Assembly (NCBI RefSeq): GCF_009914755.1
Contig: NC_060938.1
DNA: 64,000 nt
Direction: 5' to 3' (one strand)
Source of the DNA: the human T2T-CHM13v2.0 reference genome, Homo sapiens
Under the pieces are notes generated by a model, which had not been told where the DNA came from, searched no databases, and was given only the letters and a program-made list of their open reading frames with translations. The translations under genes and the position numbers were made by a program. Shown here one piece after another: positions 58,491 to 64,000 of the stretch; the stretch's first letter is position 1; each line of letters begins with the position of its first letter.

Positions 58491-59995
58491 CTCTTCCCAC
58501 TTCCTATCCCTCTTCAATGAAATATATACATAGCTTGAAAAGCACATATAGAATAAATATATCTTGCCTTTTAAAATAAAAGTAAAGGCAGTAGAGAATG
58601 TTACCATAGTTTTAAGGTTTTGTCTAAGTTTTAAGAAATGTATTGTGAAGCAGATTATTTTTACATCTAAAATTTAAATGAAATTCATTATACTGCATTT
58701 TCTCAAAATTCATACACCTTTGTTTTTAACATTTATGGTATCATCTATATGTTGGCACAAAATTTAAAAGATGATTCAAGATGAAATCATCTGATTTTTT
58801 AATGGTGGCAGAGTGAAGTGGTTGTTTAAACCCTTTTACACATAAAAATTATAAAAACAGTATCAATTTTGAAAGCCAATTACTTCAGGGAACTGAAAAG
58901 TAGCTAAAAGGTGACAGAAGCTAGAGGAGCATTTACTCTTGAACAGTTACAAATAAGAGGAAAACTATGAAGATCAGAATATTAGAACAATATGTTCAAA
59001 TGATTCAGATAAAAACAGGAATGTCAACAGAGAACTCTGTATCTGACAAGTTTCAGATGAACAAAAACTGAGAGAATCTGGAGTCAGCAGAAAGGCACTC
59101 CAAGAAATGCTAAAAGGAGGGTGTCATACCAGAAGGCACCTTGGATTTCAGAAAGCAATCATAAGCACAGGAAGCAGTAAATATGTGGGTAAACAATATT
59201 TTGTTACACAGTGTTTACCATTTCTTAATTTCCTAAAAAAATCTGCTAAAAGCAGAATTATAAGATATTAAGAGATTAATAACATATATGTAATAATAGT
59301 AACACAAAGTACAGCATAGAGTAATAAATTGAAATATGCTGCCTTAAAGTTTCTATATGTTACTAGAAGTAAACTCAATACTAACTTTAAGTTGATTGGG
59401 ATAAGTTAAGGATAAACAATTTGATTCCTGGACTCTTAAAACACACACTGTAATTCTAAACCCTAAATTATGAAAACAAACATAGCTAGAAAGCAAAAAT
59501 AAGAAGGAAAATTGAATACTAAAAAAACCTGATTAACAGAAAATAAGACAGAAAAAAAGATGAACAAAGAAAATGAGAAAAAAATGGAAAACAAATATTG
59601 AAGTGGCAAATCAAACAATACTTTTGTTAATGATAAGTAGAATAACACCTAATTAAAAAGCATTGGTTTTCAGATTGTTCTCAAAACCAAGAGCCAACTC
59701 CATATTTTAAATGAGATATGCTTTAGATGCAAAACACGAATAGAAAGTAACAGCAAGAAAAAAATAATATGTAGGTAGTAAGCTAAAGAAACTTGAAAGG
59801 GTCATATTTATACAAGGGTGTCTTCGAAATGTTCATGGAAAATGCATATTTTGAGAAAACTATGCACAGATTTTAAAATATTGCTTGCACTAGAATGAAC
59901 TTGTACTAACTTATTATAACATGTCTGAACAGGATCTCTTTTGAGGCACTAAAAGGACAAAACATCAGTTTGAAAAAAGCTCCTATCAGAGCAAC

Positions 59996-61365
<1,370 letters not shown>

Positions 61366-62944
61366 ATATATATTTTTATTTATATCTTTTAATATTAATA
61401 ATTCTATTTTTCTACAAACTTTTTGAAGTCCTCTCATATCAGAAAAAATAGACTGTGAGACAGGAAAATTACTAAGACAAGGATGAACACTTAATAGTAA
61501 TAAAAGTGCCAATAAATCAGGAAAATAAAATTACATATGGGATGTGCCTAATAACAGATATTCAGAACTAAAAGGGGAAATCAAAAACCTAATAATTATA
61601 TTTGGAAACATTAATACACCTTTCTCAGTATTTCGTTAAAAAAAAAAAAGGAGAAAAAAACTAGCCAAAATAATGATACTATTAACCATCTTTTAACCTC
61701 CTGACATTTATAGAGACTACATACCCAACCGGTATAATACATACATATTAGAAAATAAGAAACTACTAAATGTAATGATTCAGTTTCCCTCTTTAGGAAA
61801 CTAGAAAACTAATGAGAAAATTAATCTTTAAATAAGTCAAAGGATATAATAAAAGTAAAAACAAGTAAAAACATACAAAAGATAAAATCAAAGGGCAACT
61901 CTTTTAAAAAATCAGGAATATCCATTACACATGTCCAAAGATGTTCAACATCATTAGTTAACGGGGAAAAAAGAACCTTTAAAGCATTAGAATGGTTAAA
62001 ATTAGAAAGACTTAAAATACCAAGTGTTAAGGAGATGGTGAAAAAATGGGAAATCTCATATATTGATGAATATTAAAAATATTATAATAAGCAAAAGAAA
62101 TCAGATACAAAAGAGTAGATGCTTAATTATTCCCCTTACATAAAATTTTAGAAACTGGAAAATTTGTATGGTGATTGATAGAAAGCAGACGAGTTATTGT
62201 CTGGGGACTGGCGGTAGAGAGAAGGAATGACTACTAAAAGAGGAAATTTGGGAGTGATGCCAGTGTTGTTTGTCATGATTGTGGCTGGGGTTCTGTAGGT
62301 GTGCATGCCTATCAAACTTTAGTTCTACATGTTAAATGGTGCAGTTGATTATATATATGTCAAATATACCTCAATACAGTTTGTTTCAAAAATATATGGA
62401 AAACAAGAAAAACCAAAAGAGGAAACCATTTCTAATGAGGAGACTAGTTCAATTATTCTGAAGTCAAGCCCTGCTAATCAAGGAGGTGAGTAGTTGGAGG
62501 GGGAGGAGGGTTTTCAAAGAAAAGAGAGGAAAGGAACAGTCATGTGCTGAGTGCCTACTATGAGACAGAAAATTTACCAATTTACTAAATTTCCACAATA
62601 GTGCTCTAAAGGGGGTGCTCTCCCTATCTTAAAGATGAAACAACTGTGTTTTAATACAACTTATAACAAGAGTTCACAGAATAGAAAATACTGAGGTTTT
62701 TCAGATTTTAAAGATAATGTTATTTGTTACTTCTCACCCATCTTTTTTAACTGCTGTTCGCCAGAATAGTCTGAAAATATTAATGAAAATGGCTCGAAAT
62801 AACTGATTTATTTTTATTAGTAAAAGGCCTCATGCAACACAAATAAGTGATCTATAACTTTAGAAAAAAAAGGAGTGAACACAGTTCTTTAAAATTCCTT
62901 TTAATTGAATATTAAAATTCAATTGCTTTTGTTCTTATTGCTAG

Positions 62945-63161
62945 CATTGTTGTGTTGGTGAATGATTAACCACCAGTTCACTGGAAAGACTAAAAAACAA
63001 ACAAACCTGGGTTTGTAGTATTTGACAATTTCCATTGATGTGAATATTTCCAGCAAAGCCAATTTTAAGCTATCAGGTGATGTCACTATACACTGAATTG
63101 GAGAGAACTGCAGGCTGTCGGCTCTCCCCAGCTGATTCAAGCTAGCTCCAATGTATGGCTG
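62945..63161 (-). mobile_element. MER63 (A-like) hAT element
   Basis: tgtgttggtgaatgattaac...gatgtcact...cggctctccca. Confidence 0.75.
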
Positions 63162-63489
63162 CTTTTTAGCCTATTTAATAAACAGAATGGATTGAGATTT
63201 TTTTTAAAGTTTATTTCACAGCTTTTTTGTTAACAGCAAATTTCTTTGGCAGGTGTTAACGTAAGTTTAGTTTTATGACACTCTTTAATAGATTTTGAAA
63301 CTCATTAGCAGATTTGTGTTACTAACGAGAAAATTTTCCTGATAACAACTTGAGTTTAGTGCATCAACAATACAGGTGACTTCAGTCTTCAAAACATATC
63401 ACTTTATGTAACAGTATGTTTTGAAAATATAATTTCATGCCTTCCTTGACTCATTTTCTTTTACAGCACATTGTCGGTCTTTGAGAAAA

Positions 63490-64000
63490 TCCTAAAGGCT
63501 TTACTTTTAACACACACCTCGCTATCTCTCACCACTTTCACTTGTACGGTCATCTGTGCACAACCTATCCTCTGGATTATGGCAATGGGTTCTCAACTTG
63601 TCTCTCTTCTTTCACCCTTGCTCTCTCATCATCAATTCCAAATACAGTCACCAACACTAGATTTCTGAACTCTAAATCTGACCTTGACCAGTGCTCAGCT
63701 CAAATCTCACTGACGGTTCTGCATCACATTTATGGTTGAAGGCAAGGTTCTGACCTTGACCTACAATGATGCCTTACATGATTGTAGCACCACTTAGCTC
63801 TCTAGCTTTACTTTCTGTTACTCTTCCCCACCACTGACTTCCCCAGCCATGCTATTCTCCAAATGCTTCTGACACTTTCTGCCCTAGGCTGTTTCCTCTG
63901 ACAGGAATTCTCTTCTGGCAGATTTTTACATAGTTCACATCTTCATTTCCTTTATGTCTTTGGTCAAACATCACTTTTTCAGTGGAAACTCAGCCTCTAC
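63490..64000 (+). mobile_element. L2 body
   Basis: ctctggattatggcaat..tgctcagctcaaa..ccccagccat..aaacatcactt. Confidence 0.75.

Overview
Human genomic DNA (contains a human-specific AluYb8), AT-rich, with no intact protein-coding gene. About half is transposon-derived: a HERV-W LTR17 nested in an LTR7C nested in an old L1, a full THE1D provirus, several L1M/L2/MIR fossils, MER21/MER77/MLT LTRs, MER53/MER63/MADE1 MITEs, a full-length HSMAR2 with an Alu in its catalytic motif, and about ten Alus. Main finding: much of the non-repeat DNA from about 3.4 kb to 58.5 kb reads on the minus strand as decayed exons of a very large, intron-containing cadherin-repeat gene. The evidence is LDRE/LDYE, DxGxPPLS, DxNDNxP and A-x-D-x-D motif remnants bounded by AG/GT splice sites, with many stops and frameshifts. 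It is best explained as an ancient pseudogene of a giant atypical cadherin (FAT/Dachsous/CDH23-like) that probably extends past both window ends. Translations and repeat assignments were done by eye; subfamily calls and many exon edges are approximate.
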